Source: a virus. Taken from it: a stretch of 64,000 nucleotides of DNA. Both the position numbers and the translations under genes were made by a program. Below the pieces are notes generated by a model, which saw only the letters and a list, made by a program, of their open reading frames with translations, searched no databases and was not told the origin of the DNA. The DNA is taken from IMG/VR virus record IMGVR_UViG_3300035180_001563, positions 1-64,000 of that record; one strand, 5' to 3'. This document shows positions 1-8,808 of this stretch, piece after piece; the first letter of the stretch is position 1; every line of letters begins with the position of its first letter.

Positions 1-169
1 CAGTTTCAGGCCATTTGTTGACCACATCTCTGTACATATCATTACGATAAATACCTTCCATTCCACGATTGTAACAATATCGTACGACAGACGACAGTTG
101 TTTTTGTAACTGTTCAATCGTTTGGATGTTGTCATCCATCGTGACAAAAGGTAGTTTAATCGTGATCAT
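1..169 (-). CDS. Partial CDS running off the window; possible TnpB-related protein N-terminus
   Basis: Manual translation from ATG at 169: MITIKLPFVTMDDNIQTIEQLQKQLSSVVRYCYNR..., recalling the start of phage TnpB-related proteins; RuvC region not visible. Confidence 0.4.
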   Translation of the reverse strand, partial: MITIKLPFVTMDDNIQTIEQLQKQLSSVVRYCYNRGMEGIYRNDMYRDVVNKWPET

Positions 170-313
170 TCGCAGGTTTACTCAGTTCAGTTGCTAGTGA
201 AGAGATTCTTAGATAACTTAGAGTCTCCTGTTGTCATGTACCTCATATTATACAACCCATGTTGACATATTACTCATAAGTATATATGGTTGTATTTGTG
301 AGAGATAAAGAAA

Positions 314-565
314 TTAATATTCTGGTGGTTTCTTTGAAATCCAATTAACAAACTTTTGAATTGTTTCATGCGTCAGAAGTCGGTCAATTGTGTTGTAATA
401 GTTAGCCAATTCACGTTCACTAAAGGTCGCATGAATGTTTCGATGACAGACACGATGAAGCATAACTCCATCTTTTCCTTTAAATGTTTTGGGTATTAGG
501 TGGTGAAAATCAACATTAATATCATTAAGGGGTCTTCCACATAAAGGACATTTATCTTCTGTCAT
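314..565 (-). CDS. Small HNH endonuclease
   Basis: CPLCGR...HHLIPK...LHRVCHRNIH motif. Confidence 0.8.
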   Translation of the reverse strand: MTEDKCPLCGRPLNDINVDFHHLIPKTFKGKDGVMLHRVCHRNIHATFSERELANYYNTIDRLLTHETIQKFVNWISKKPPEY

Positions 566-873
566 ATAACATCCATTTTCATTTGCTCGCTACGTTTTGA
601 CTGTACAAAAAACGTCATTCTTATTTTTGTTAATAACCGTACTGCTGATTCATGATTGTGTAATTTGATCACACTTTCAGTGGTGTGAGCATATTCACAT
701 GAGTTGGGTACAGTTAATGCTAACCTAAACGAAAAATCTTTATCACCAACAAAATCTTCAAGAGCAATCCAGAGAGATATGGTCTTGAGAGTCTCTTTTG
801 GGTTATTCTTAACTTTAACTCCAAACAAAGCACCCTTCAGAAGCACTTGTCTTGATTCGTTTGTTAATTCCAC
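562..873 (-). CDS. Hypothetical protein
   Basis: 103-aa ORF, 4-bp overlap with HNH gene. Confidence 0.55.
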   Translation of the reverse strand: MELTNESRQVLLKGALFGVKVKNNPKETLKTISLWIALEDFVGDKDFSFRLALTVPNSCEYAHTTESVIKLHNHESAVRLLTKIRMTFFVQSKRSEQMKMDVI

Positions 874-894
874 AAATCACGTGACCTAAACAGT

Positions 895-1161
895 TTACTC
901 ATTAAAGTCGTCGTCACCATCATCGTCTTCGGACCACTTACCGTAAACAATTTCTGATTCAATTATGACTTCTTTGTTACATGCTGACATCATCCGCTCC
1001 AAAGTTTGTTTGATGTCCTCAACAGTTTCACCAGATACTCCAACCGCATACTTAGTCATGCCGGCGATCTCATTGTTGTCATTGTAATATACTTCATGAA
1101 TCTCATAAAAAGGTTCTCCATGATCATCAAACAACACAACACGGTGATTCCAATGGCTCAT
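895..1161 (-). CDS. Hypothetical phage protein
   Basis: WNHRVV...YEIHEVYY phage-type motif, acidic tail, 4-bp overlap with upstream gene. Confidence 0.7.
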   Translation of the reverse strand: MSHWNHRVVLFDDHGEPFYEIHEVYYNDNNEIAGMTKYAVGVSGETVEDIKQTLERMMSACNKEVIIESEIVYGKWSEDDDGDDDFNE

Positions 1162-1481
1162 CCGAATATTCCTAGACCAGAATATGTACCTGTTAATTTA
1201 CGCTTACGTTCAGCTTGTTCGTCAAAATATTCTTGACAATCAACGCAAAATTTGGCTGTGGGATTAGCACGTTGACGCTCAACTGGGATAAGTATCCCAC
1301 ATTCTACACATTCTTTATTTGGATCAACTAACTTTTCTGCTTCTTCTTTTGTTCCTTGAAACACCTTAGAACGAACAGCGTTCACACCATTCTCTCGTTC
1401 AAATTGTTCCAACTTTTCAGCTAATTCAGCTTCGTCAAAAACTTCTGTATTTGCAGTCATACAAACTCCTATATTAATCAA
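1158..1481 (-). CDS. TraR/DksA C4-type zinc finger protein
   Basis: CVECGILIPVERQRANPTAKFCVDCQE. Confidence 0.8.
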   Translation of the reverse strand: MINIGVCMTANTEVFDEAELAEKLEQFERENGVNAVRSKVFQGTKEEAEKLVDPNKECVECGILIPVERQRANPTAKFCVDCQEYFDEQAERKRKLTGTYSGLGIFG

Positions 1482-1675
1482 TTAAATTACCCTCTATCGT
1501 ATGAGGTGTGAATGTAATATACACATTACCCTAACGAATGACAACATATTTATTAAACAGCATAAATAAAAGACACTGTTTTAAATATTTAAATCAATCA
1601 AAAATCAATAGAGGGTCAGCAGCCCCTTCTCATCATCACAGATTTGATGGTATAATTTAAGAAAAAGGAGTTATT

Positions 1676-2218
1676 ATGAATGGGATTATATTGTCTCTAT
1701 TTTTACTAACGACCTCCAGTCTTGTATACTCAGATGATACCCATCAGTATCATGAAAAAAAGTTGGAGTTGAAACAACTAGTTGCATCAAACGAAGAAAC
1801 GTTTAGAAAACAACAAGGATGTTTGGCAAAAACAATATATTTTGAAGCTTCAGATCACGAAAAAGCGCAAATTGCGGTAGCTAACGTGGTAATTAATAGA
1901 GCTGAAAATGAAGATTATCCAGTTTCAATATGTGGAGTTGTACAACAAAAGACGCGAACACCAAGAGGAAAAACTATTTGTCAGTTTTCTTATCAGTGTG
2001 AAACACATAAACAGATCGTAGAGGATTCTGATCGTTGGGAGAGTGCTCAAGAAATTGCTATTAGATTGTTATCGTCGATCGTTGATGGGAGCAGAGATGA
2101 TAACACTGAAGGAGCCACTCATTTTCACGACATTCGTGTATATCCTAACTGGGCTCGATCTCATGAATTCATTAGAACTCTGAAAACCTCATCTCTATCA
2201 TTTTATAAAAAAAGATAA
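1676..2218 (+). CDS. Cell wall hydrolase, SleB/Hydrolase_2 family
   Basis: Signal-like N-terminus; CLAKTIYFEA, AVANVVINR, ICGVVQQ, CQFS, GATHFH; AAGGAG RBS. Confidence 0.9.
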   Translation: MNGIILSLFLLTTSSLVYSDDTHQYHEKKLELKQLVASNEETFRKQQGCLAKTIYFEASDHEKAQIAVANVVINRAENEDYPVSICGVVQQKTRTPRGKTICQFSYQCETHKQIVEDSDRWESAQEIAIRLLSSIVDGSRDDNTEGATHFHDIRVYPNWARSHEFIRTLKTSSLSFYKKR

Positions 2219-2227
2219 TTAAAGAAA

Positions 2228-2413
2228 TTAATATCCATCTTTATACCATCCACCTCCTTTAAGATGGAACGCTGTTGGGAAGGACGGCTTTTTACAAAGT
2301 GTATCCTTCCCACATACTGGACATTTAATAGGTTCTGGATGTTCTGTTTGTACTTTTTCTAGACGATCTTCACTGTGTTTACATAGTGAACATTCGTATG
2401 AATATAACGGCAT
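2228..2413 (-). CDS. FmdB-family zinc-ribbon protein
   Basis: MPLYSYECSLC...CPVCG...FHLKGGGWY. Confidence 0.85.
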   Translation of the reverse strand: MPLYSYECSLCKHSEDRLEKVQTEHPEPIKCPVCGKDTLCKKPSFPTAFHLKGGGWYKDGY

Positions 2414-2423
2414 TCAATGTATC

Positions 2424-3392
2424 CTATTGTAAAAGCTCAACTGCACCTTTCGAAAGTCCTTCACTGATATAAACAGTAGTTACTCCTGCATTACGGAGTT
2501 GGTCACCATACTTCATTTTAACATACGCAGCCAAGAATTCAACTGTTGTTTCAGTGGGAAGCACTACGATCTTATGTTTTTCGGTGTTTAATACCAAATT
2601 GAATCTACCTCTTTGCGTTGTGGAATACCCAATTGTAATAGTATCGTTATCAGTAGCAATAACATTATCTTGTCGAACAAACACAGTGTCATCTAATTCA
2701 GCAGCGATTTCTGTTAGTAAATATCGAATCACAGGTGCTCGCACATCTCCAATTTCAATGTCAGTATGAATATATGAACGATGACCGTGAGCAATGTTTT
2801 GACAGCCATAAGAAGTTGAGTCTTTTAATCCATGCACATAATGGAACGGTCTCGTTTCGACGTTGAATGTAAGATGTTCATCGACAGTATTAACACACTG
2901 TGTTTCCACATTAATGAGAGGATATAGTTGAGAAAGTTGTCGTTGAACTAACTCCGTAAATGCTGCACCGATATAATCGAGATGGTGTGATGGATTCTTT
3001 GATTCTACTCGAGAAATGTATCGAACAGCATTTGAAGGTAAGTCTATTTTTAAACTAGGAGTTTCAATGTGAACCATCTCGTAATTGTCTGGTACATATT
3101 CATTAATAGCCGAATAACCCTCAATTACCCATAGTTTATGATCATAACCATTTATCAAAGGATTTGATAAATGTTGATCAATCACCTTCTTGATATCTTT
3201 CTTAATTGTTGAAAAATCCACCACTACTTTTTCAACATCATCTGGTTTTCCAGCTACGATAAAATTTGGATTGAAAGATCCACCACGAACACAACCTTTG
3301 TCATCAATATATGCATGATCAACCACCGAAATTTGATTCAAGAAAATCCTAGACGTTGTTGGTTCTTCTAACTTTGCAATATTTGTAAGCAC
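2424..3392 (-). CDS. QueD-like 6-carboxytetrahydropterin synthase, long form
   Basis: VVDFSTIKK...YDHKLW, HGL...CQNIAHGH, TTVEFLA motifs; near queE. Confidence 0.7.
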   Translation of the reverse strand: MLTNIAKLEEPTTSRIFLNQISVVDHAYIDDKGCVRGGSFNPNFIVAGKPDDVEKVVVDFSTIKKDIKKVIDQHLSNPLINGYDHKLWVIEGYSAINEYVPDNYEMVHIETPSLKIDLPSNAVRYISRVESKNPSHHLDYIGAAFTELVQRQLSQLYPLINVETQCVNTVDEHLTFNVETRPFHYVHGLKDSTSYGCQNIAHGHRSYIHTDIEIGDVRAPVIRYLLTEIAAELDDTVFVRQDNVIATDNDTITIGYSTTQRGRFNLVLNTEKHKIVVLPTETTVEFLAAYVKMKYGDQLRNAGVTTVYISEGLSKGAVELLQ

Positions 3393-3428
3393 TTTTTATC
3401 TCCATTTTTATTTTATTAATTATACTGT

Positions 3429-4385
3429 TTAAACATAAATTTGACTAACTGATTGTTTTGATCTTATACGACGAAGTGTTTCTGCCACAACATTACTTAT
3501 AGATATTTGTCGTATCTTTTTATTTGTAAGTAACGGAATAGTATCAGTTACAACCAACTCGTCTAGCTGTGATTCATTGATAGTTTGATAAGCAGCATTC
3601 GAAAGTACGGGGTGAGTGACATATGCAACAACCTTAATTGCACCGTGATTTTTTAAAGCAGCCGCCGCTTTACATAAAGTTCCACCAGAATCAATAATGT
3701 CATCAATCATAACACAAACTTTCCCGTCAACATCACCAATGATATTCATAACTTCCGATTCACCAGCTTTTGGGCGACGTTTATCAACGATGGCTAGTTG
3801 TGTTTCTCCATTTAACTGACTTGCAATCTGTCTAGACCTAGCTACACCACCAACATCAGGAGAGACAACGATAATATTCTTCTGTTCAATCTCTTTTCTG
3901 TAGATTAGTTTAATATCTCTAATGAATTCAACTGAGGCAGACACATTCGTGAATGGGATTGTAAAAAAACCTTGTTGTTGAAGAGAGTGAATATCAACAG
4001 AAACGATATGGTCAATACCAGCAGACTGTATCATGTCAGCAATGAGTCTTGACGTTATTGGGCCACGACTAAATCCAGGTCGTCGATCTTGACGAGAATA
4101 GCTGTAATATGGAACAATAGCGATGATTCGTTTAGCTGCTGCTCGACGAAGTGCATCTGTTATTACTAACAATTCCATGAGATTATCATTAACAGGAGCA
4201 CAAGTAGATTGTATAACAAAAACAGTATTGCCCCTAACTGTTTCATCAATCTCAACTGATGTCTCACCGTCATTAAATTTTCCAACTCGCATCTTTCCCA
4301 GGACTAAACCCATTTTATCTGCAATCTTTGATGCTAACTCTATATTAGAATTTCCTGCAAACACTTTTACATTTACCAATGACAT
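3429..4385 (-). CDS. prs: Ribose-phosphate pyrophosphokinase
   Basis: FNDGE, PYYSYSRQDR, VSPDVGGVAR, DKRRP, DDIIDSGGTL. Confidence 0.97.
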   Translation of the reverse strand: MSLVNVKVFAGNSNIELASKIADKMGLVLGKMRVGKFNDGETSVEIDETVRGNTVFVIQSTCAPVNDNLMELLVITDALRRAAAKRIIAIVPYYSYSRQDRRPGFSRGPITSRLIADMIQSAGIDHIVSVDIHSLQQQGFFTIPFTNVSASVEFIRDIKLIYRKEIEQKNIIVVSPDVGGVARSRQIASQLNGETQLAIVDKRRPKAGESEVMNIIGDVDGKVCVMIDDIIDSGGTLCKAAAALKNHGAIKVVAYVTHPVLSNAAYQTINESQLDELVVTDTIPLLTNKKIRQISISNVVAETLRRIRSKQSVSQIYV

Positions 4386-4556
4386 ATATCACCCTGTTTT
4401 TATTTAATTGTTGAAACTTTAGTAATCTTTATATTTTTGTAAATCGTTGGTTATGAAATCTAATCCGAGTTTGATTAATAGTGCTGAATGTATCCCTATA
4501 ATAAGTATAACTAATGCTCTTATCAATACACTCACAATGTTCCTATTAGTAAACAA

Positions 4557-5432
4557 TTACGTTCCTACTTTATTTCCCCACACATCTAAGTGTACACGAT
4601 GACAATATGTCAGACCTCGTTCAATACACATACGAGCCACGTCTGCTGCAATGGTGTCTTGCTGGGTGGTCACACAACTCATTGGCATGATAAACACATT
4701 ATTATCAGGTATAACACCTGCATTCCAATACTCCTGCATTGCACGCCCAACTTCTTCAAACTCTTCTTCGTTTGGTCCACACACAAACTTGAAGTACTGT
4801 TCTCCACGCTTAACTTGTTGTTGTGCAACAGCAACTTCAGGCTTGATTGCATCTTCCCACTTTTCACCACTGGCGCGAAGTTTGGGGGAATTTGAGAATG
4901 TGATTTTTCTTCCAGGTTTCCACCAACTATTTAAGGCGTTGACAAATTCACTACGAAGAGGAACAGAGCAATTTGTTTCAATAAGGATGTGTTGACAGTC
5001 TTCCATTAAAGGGTGGTTCAGCAAAACAATAATCTGTTTTTGGAACAAAAGTGGTTCACCACCAGTAATCGAAAATATAACTGGTTGATTTGTGGTTGGG
5101 TGTATCCAAGATTTGTGAGGAATCGTGTTTAACAATTCCTCAACCACTTTATTTTCATCTCCAGTAAACCACATATGTTCAAATTCTTTATTTACTGAAT
5201 ATTGACTATCACACCCACACTCAATTAGGGGAAGTTGTTGGAGTGAAGAATAATCTTTGGGGTTAAACGTTAGTGGTGCATAACCCTCTTTAGTTTTTTT
5301 ATTTGCTGGATTATTAAATCCAGCACAGGTGAAATTACATTTTGCAAAACGAAGGTATGTTGTCGGACGACCAGCATAAATAGCTTCGCCTTCTATAGAG
5401 GAAAAAATTTCGGACCAAGTGAATTTTGCCAT
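4557..5432 (-). CDS. queE: 7-carboxy-7-deazaguanine synthase (radical SAM)
   Basis: EIFSSIEGEAIYAGRPTTYLRFAKCNFTC...CDS, ITGGEP, IETN, SPKL, RVHLDVWGN. Confidence 0.9.
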   Translation of the reverse strand: MAKFTWSEIFSSIEGEAIYAGRPTTYLRFAKCNFTCAGFNNPANKKTKEGYAPLTFNPKDYSSLQQLPLIECGCDSQYSVNKEFEHMWFTGDENKVVEELLNTIPHKSWIHPTTNQPVIFSITGGEPLLFQKQIIVLLNHPLMEDCQHILIETNCSVPLRSEFVNALNSWWKPGRKITFSNSPKLRASGEKWEDAIKPEVAVAQQQVKRGEQYFKFVCGPNEEEFEEVGRAMQEYWNAGVIPDNNVFIMPMSCVTTQQDTIAADVARMCIERGLTYCHRVHLDVWGNKVGT

Positions 5433-5464
5433 TGACGGCTCCTATAAAACCAACTTATAATTAA

Positions 5465-5493
5465 TTATACTGTCTACTATTTAGAAAAACAAC
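5465..5493 (-). promoter_or_regulatory. sigma70-type promoter upstream of queE
   Basis: TTGTTT-17 nt-TATAAT on minus strand. Confidence 0.55.
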
Positions 5494-5497
5494 TACA

Positions 5498-7387
5498 ATG
5501 AATGAACAAATCAAATACAATACACTAATACAAAGATACCATAATTCTTATACAGGTAAAATTAAAACTCAACATCCAGAATTTTATGATTTTATTGTTA
5601 ATATGACTGCCTTTTTACCTCCTAGTGTTACCACAACACAACGGTTGTGGCATATTCATAACAATCTGTTTAGTGTTCCCCTATGTAAAACATGTAATAC
5701 TCCTGTGAATTGGGATATTGTTAAACAAGATTATAGAAAGTATTGTTGTAGAATGTGTAGTCCAAAAAAATCAGCAGAGGATCATGGAACACCTCCACAG
5801 TGTAATAACTCAAACTGTACTGAATTAGTACACTGGAACTCAAATACAAAAAAGTGGAATAATACATGTTCACATAAATGTAAAGAGGAATTATCGAGGA
5901 ATACTATGTCTTCTCTGGAGGAAATGAACAGTGTGTTATCTGCACTCCCATCTGATTATAATTATAGAAATTTTATAGCTGAACACCGAAGTGTTGTGAA
6001 TCGTATTCACTATGAAACAACACACCTACCAACTTCATATCAAATCAAAAAACGCATAGGTTGGTTGTTGGGAAGAACCAAAACAAAGCGTGAAATAATC
6101 AACACCGCCATAACATCACTCGATATTACTAACGAAGAAGATATACTGTCTTCGTTGAGGTATGCAAGAGCACTTATTTCCTCACAACTAAAAAAAGATT
6201 GCTTAATTTGTGGTGCACCAAGACAATATAATTCCAAAACCGGAAGATTTAGAAAATACTGTGGAGACGGGTGTGCCGAAAAACACAAAAAACAAATTTT
6301 ATTAAAACAATTTGTTAAAAAATTAACAGTTCTAACCCATAAAAAGTTTGGTCCTTCAAATAAAAATCATGACAATCGGTTGAACAGTTATGAATGGTTA
6401 TATGATCATCATTACAATAAAAAGTGGTCAAAACAACGAATATCCAAAGAGTTAAATGTCGACAAAGAGACTATAACAAACAGATTTAACTTGTTAGGAA
6501 TAACTTCAATACGACATTCTTCTAATAATGCTGAACAGGAAATTGTTGATTTTTTGAAATCAATATACAACGATCAGATTATACTTAATACAAGAACAAT
6601 AATTGGTCCTAAAGAACTTGACATATTTCTTCCAAACGAACAACTTGCTATAGAATATTGTGGTTTGTATTGGCACAGTGATGTCCACGACAGGATTACA
6701 CGATCGTATCATAAACAAAAATATCAATTATGCAAAAAACAAGGAATCCGGCTAATTACCATTTTTGAAGATGAATGGTTACACCATCCTGATATCGTTA
6801 AATCCAAACTGAAGAGATTGTTAAAAATAAACGATCAAAACACAGTATATGCGAGGAACACAAAAGTTATACAACTTAGTTCTACACAGTATAAACCCTT
6901 TTTAAACGAATTTCATATTCAGGGGAATAAAGATGGGTCTGTTGTATATGGGTTGACCACAGCAGATCAAATCGTTGCTGTTGTTGTGTTCAAACAACTT
7001 AAACCAAATACTTGGTCTATAGAAAGATATGCCACAAGCATTAATGTTCCAGGAGGTTTTACTAAATTGTTGTCTTATTTCCAAAAACATCACACATGGA
7101 ATCAAATAATAACATTTGCAGATTTAAGATGGAGTGAGGGTGATTTATACAAACTGGCCGGATTTACTATTGAAACAATTATTCCACCTGATTATTCCTA
7201 CATAAACCAAACAACAACGACAAGACATCATAAGTTTGGATATAGACATAAATTTTTATCAACTAAATTAGCAAAATATGATAAAAATGTAAGCGAGGCA
7301 GAAAACATGAAAAATAATAACATTTATAGGATATGGGACTGTGGGAAAATAAAATATGTAATCAACATTAACCAACTTTCTATTTAA
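5498..7387 (+). CDS. Vsr-like/Hef-type putative homing endonuclease (copy 1, inverted relative to neighbours)
   Basis: ELDIFLP..LAIEYCGLYWHS, LITIFEDEW, ITFADLRWS, RIWDCGK; Cys-rich N-terminal repeats. Confidence 0.8.
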   Translation: MNEQIKYNTLIQRYHNSYTGKIKTQHPEFYDFIVNMTAFLPPSVTTTQRLWHIHNNLFSVPLCKTCNTPVNWDIVKQDYRKYCCRMCSPKKSAEDHGTPPQCNNSNCTELVHWNSNTKKWNNTCSHKCKEELSRNTMSSLEEMNSVLSALPSDYNYRNFIAEHRSVVNRIHYETTHLPTSYQIKKRIGWLLGRTKTKREIINTAITSLDITNEEDILSSLRYARALISSQLKKDCLICGAPRQYNSKTGRFRKYCGDGCAEKHKKQILLKQFVKKLTVLTHKKFGPSNKNHDNRLNSYEWLYDHHYNKKWSKQRISKELNVDKETITNRFNLLGITSIRHSSNNAEQEIVDFLKSIYNDQIILNTRTIIGPKELDIFLPNEQLAIEYCGLYWHSDVHDRITRSYHKQKYQLCKKQGIRLITIFEDEWLHHPDIVKSKLKRLLKINDQNTVYARNTKVIQLSSTQYKPFLNEFHIQGNKDGSVVYGLTTADQIVAVVVFKQLKPNTWSIERYATSINVPGGFTKLLSYFQKHHTWNQIITFADLRWSEGDLYKLAGFTIETIIPPDYSYINQTTTTRHHKFGYRHKFLSTKLAKYDKNVSEAENMKNNNIYRIWDCGKIKYVININQLSI

Positions 7388-7424
7388 TTTTCACCACCAA
7401 TCTCTCTTCAAATTCTCTAAAAAT

Positions 7425-7775
7425 TTAGACTCCTAATTCATATAAAGCATGTCTTACACAACTCGCTAATTTATCAACAAGAATCACTGATTGTGGTTTG
7501 CCTGACATATTGTTGTACTCAATAACTAATTTGTTTTCTACATCAAAAACCACAGCTGGATTTATCATCATCATAACACCAAAATTTTGAGACGATCCAT
7601 CTACTGCAATCAGGGGTTGATTAACACCAATATCTGGAGCAATAATATATTCCAAATTATGATACTGCATTGTTTCTAGCATGTCTCTAAACGTATTTGC
7701 TAATGAAACGTCTGTTTTTGTAATTTTATCGAGAGGGATTTGGTTGAGTTGTGGAACCAGTTCTTTAATAGCCAT
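7425..7775 (-). CDS. Peptide deformylase-like protein, probably inactive
   Basis: DMLETM, APDIG, MINP and C-terminal helix align with PDF; EGCLS and QHExDH motifs missing. Confidence 0.6.
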   Translation of the reverse strand: MAIKELVPQLNQIPLDKITKTDVSLANTFRDMLETMQYHNLEYIIAPDIGVNQPLIAVDGSSQNFGVMMMINPAVVFDVENKLVIEYNNMSGKPQSVILVDKLASCVRHALYELGV

Positions 7776-7857
7776 ATTATTCTCCGTTATTATTATAGTT
7801 GTAAGAGTATTTACTCTAGAAATAATACTATGAATTCATAATATGGGCAACGAAAAG

Positions 7858-8044
7858 TGGTAGTAATCAGGCTGGAGCGTCAATGAGGTATAGGCTCTTG
7901 ACTCCTACTTTCCTATACTGCGAATTAGGTAGGATTTAATCTGATAATCCAGAAGAGTTTAGAAAGATATCCTAGGAATATATTTCTTGTGATCATACGA
8001 TCAGGTGGTCGTATTCACATTCAATTTGGATTTGCTTGTATTAC
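7858..8044 (-). ncRNA. Candidate structured ncRNA ending in CCA
   Basis: Terminal stem GTAAT-A-CAAGC / GCCTG-ATTAC then TACCA; several internal hairpins; directly downstream of last tRNA. Confidence 0.5.
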
Positions 8045-8049
8045 ATGTT

Positions 8050-8153
8050 TGGTGCTGAATGTCGGATTCGAACTGACGACCTATCGCTTGTTCAGAATCC
8101 TCTCTAGAAGACTCTCAACAAGGCGATGGCTCTACCAACTGAGCTAATTCAGC
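8050..8153 (-). tRNA. tRNA-Thr(TGT)-like gene with 28-nt insertion in the anticodon loop
   Basis: Canonical acceptor GCTGAAT/ATTCAGC, D arm, T arm, ACCA; 104 nt. Confidence 0.75.
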
Positions 8154-8172
8154 AATCTTTACTACAAAATTA

Positions 8173-8247
8173 TGGTGGAGGTACGGGGAATCAAACCCCG
8201 AATTTCTGCGTGCAAGGCAGATGTGTTCTCGTTAGCACTATACCCCC
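8173..8247 (-). tRNA. tRNA-Ala(TGC)
   Basis: Cloverleaf, G3:U70, TCTGC-CTTGCAC-GCAGA, CCA. Confidence 0.9.
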
Positions 8248-8250
8248 ATA

Positions 8251-8466
8251 TTACTTACCCCAAAAATCTTTTGATATAAGCAACACTTCTATTTCTTTTT
8301 TCCACCTTGAATGCATCATTTTGTGATGGTTTGAACATAGTGGAATTAAATTATCTAGATCATTATTTCCATGATTACCATCTAAATGATGGATTTCTAA
8401 TATTTTATCATGCCCACAGGCATAACAAAACAAGCGGATGTAACTTTCGATGTGGGCATGCTCCAC
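8251..8466 (-). CDS. Small, probably truncated HNH endonuclease inside tRNA cluster
   Basis: CYACG...EIHHLDGNHGNNDLDNLIPLCSNHH. Confidence 0.7.
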   Translation of the reverse strand: MEHAHIESYIRLFCYACGHDKILEIHHLDGNHGNNDLDNLIPLCSNHHKMMHSRWKKEIEVLLISKDFWGK

Positions 8467-8472
8467 TGAATC

Positions 8473-8555
8473 TGGTGCTGGAGGTGAGACTCGAACTCAC
8501 GGAGGTTTCCCGACGGCTTACAAAACCGTTGCAATTGCCACTATGCGACTCCAGC
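8473..8555 (-). tRNA. tRNA-Thr(TGT) with long variable arm (copy B)
   Basis: GCTGGAG/CTCCAGC, ACGGT-TTTGTAA-GCCGT, GG-GAAA-CC variable arm, CCA. Confidence 0.85.
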
Positions 8556-8607
8556 AAACATAAAGAAGTATATATAGTTTTTACTTCTAACACAACAAAA
8601 AATTTAA

Positions 8608-8707
8608 TAGTATTGGATGGATTCGAACCATCGGCTTGGGCTTATAGAGCAGCGTATTGGTCCTTCACCATGAGCTCGTCCCCTCTCTACCACTGATGTA
8701 CAATACC
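8608..8707 (-). ncRNA. tRNA-like RNA with enlarged anticodon domain, no CCA
   Basis: GGTATTG/CAATACT acceptor, AGTGGTA D loop, GATGG-TTCGAAT-CCATC T arm. Confidence 0.6.
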
Positions 8708-8710
8708 ATT

Positions 8711-8793
8711 TGGTGCTGGAGGTGAGACTCGAACTCACGGAGGTTTCCCGACGGCTTACAAAACCGTTGCAATTGCCACTATGCGACTCCAGC
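8711..8793 (-). tRNA. tRNA-Thr(TGT) with long variable arm (copy A)
   Basis: 83 nt identical to 8473-8555. Confidence 0.85.
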
Positions 8794-8808
8794 AAAACTA
8801 TGTAAAAC

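Noticed and set aside
7858-8044. RNase P RNA or 6S RNA
   Set aside because: AGGAAAGT only partly resembles the P4 motif and lies in the 3' half; the fold looks multi-hairpin rather than a 6S-like rod. Needs a covariance search to exclude fully.
8473-8793. 83-bp exact direct repeat as a CRISPR array or att sites
   Set aside because: Both copies are complete tRNA genes; only two copies; no cas or integrase gene in the window.
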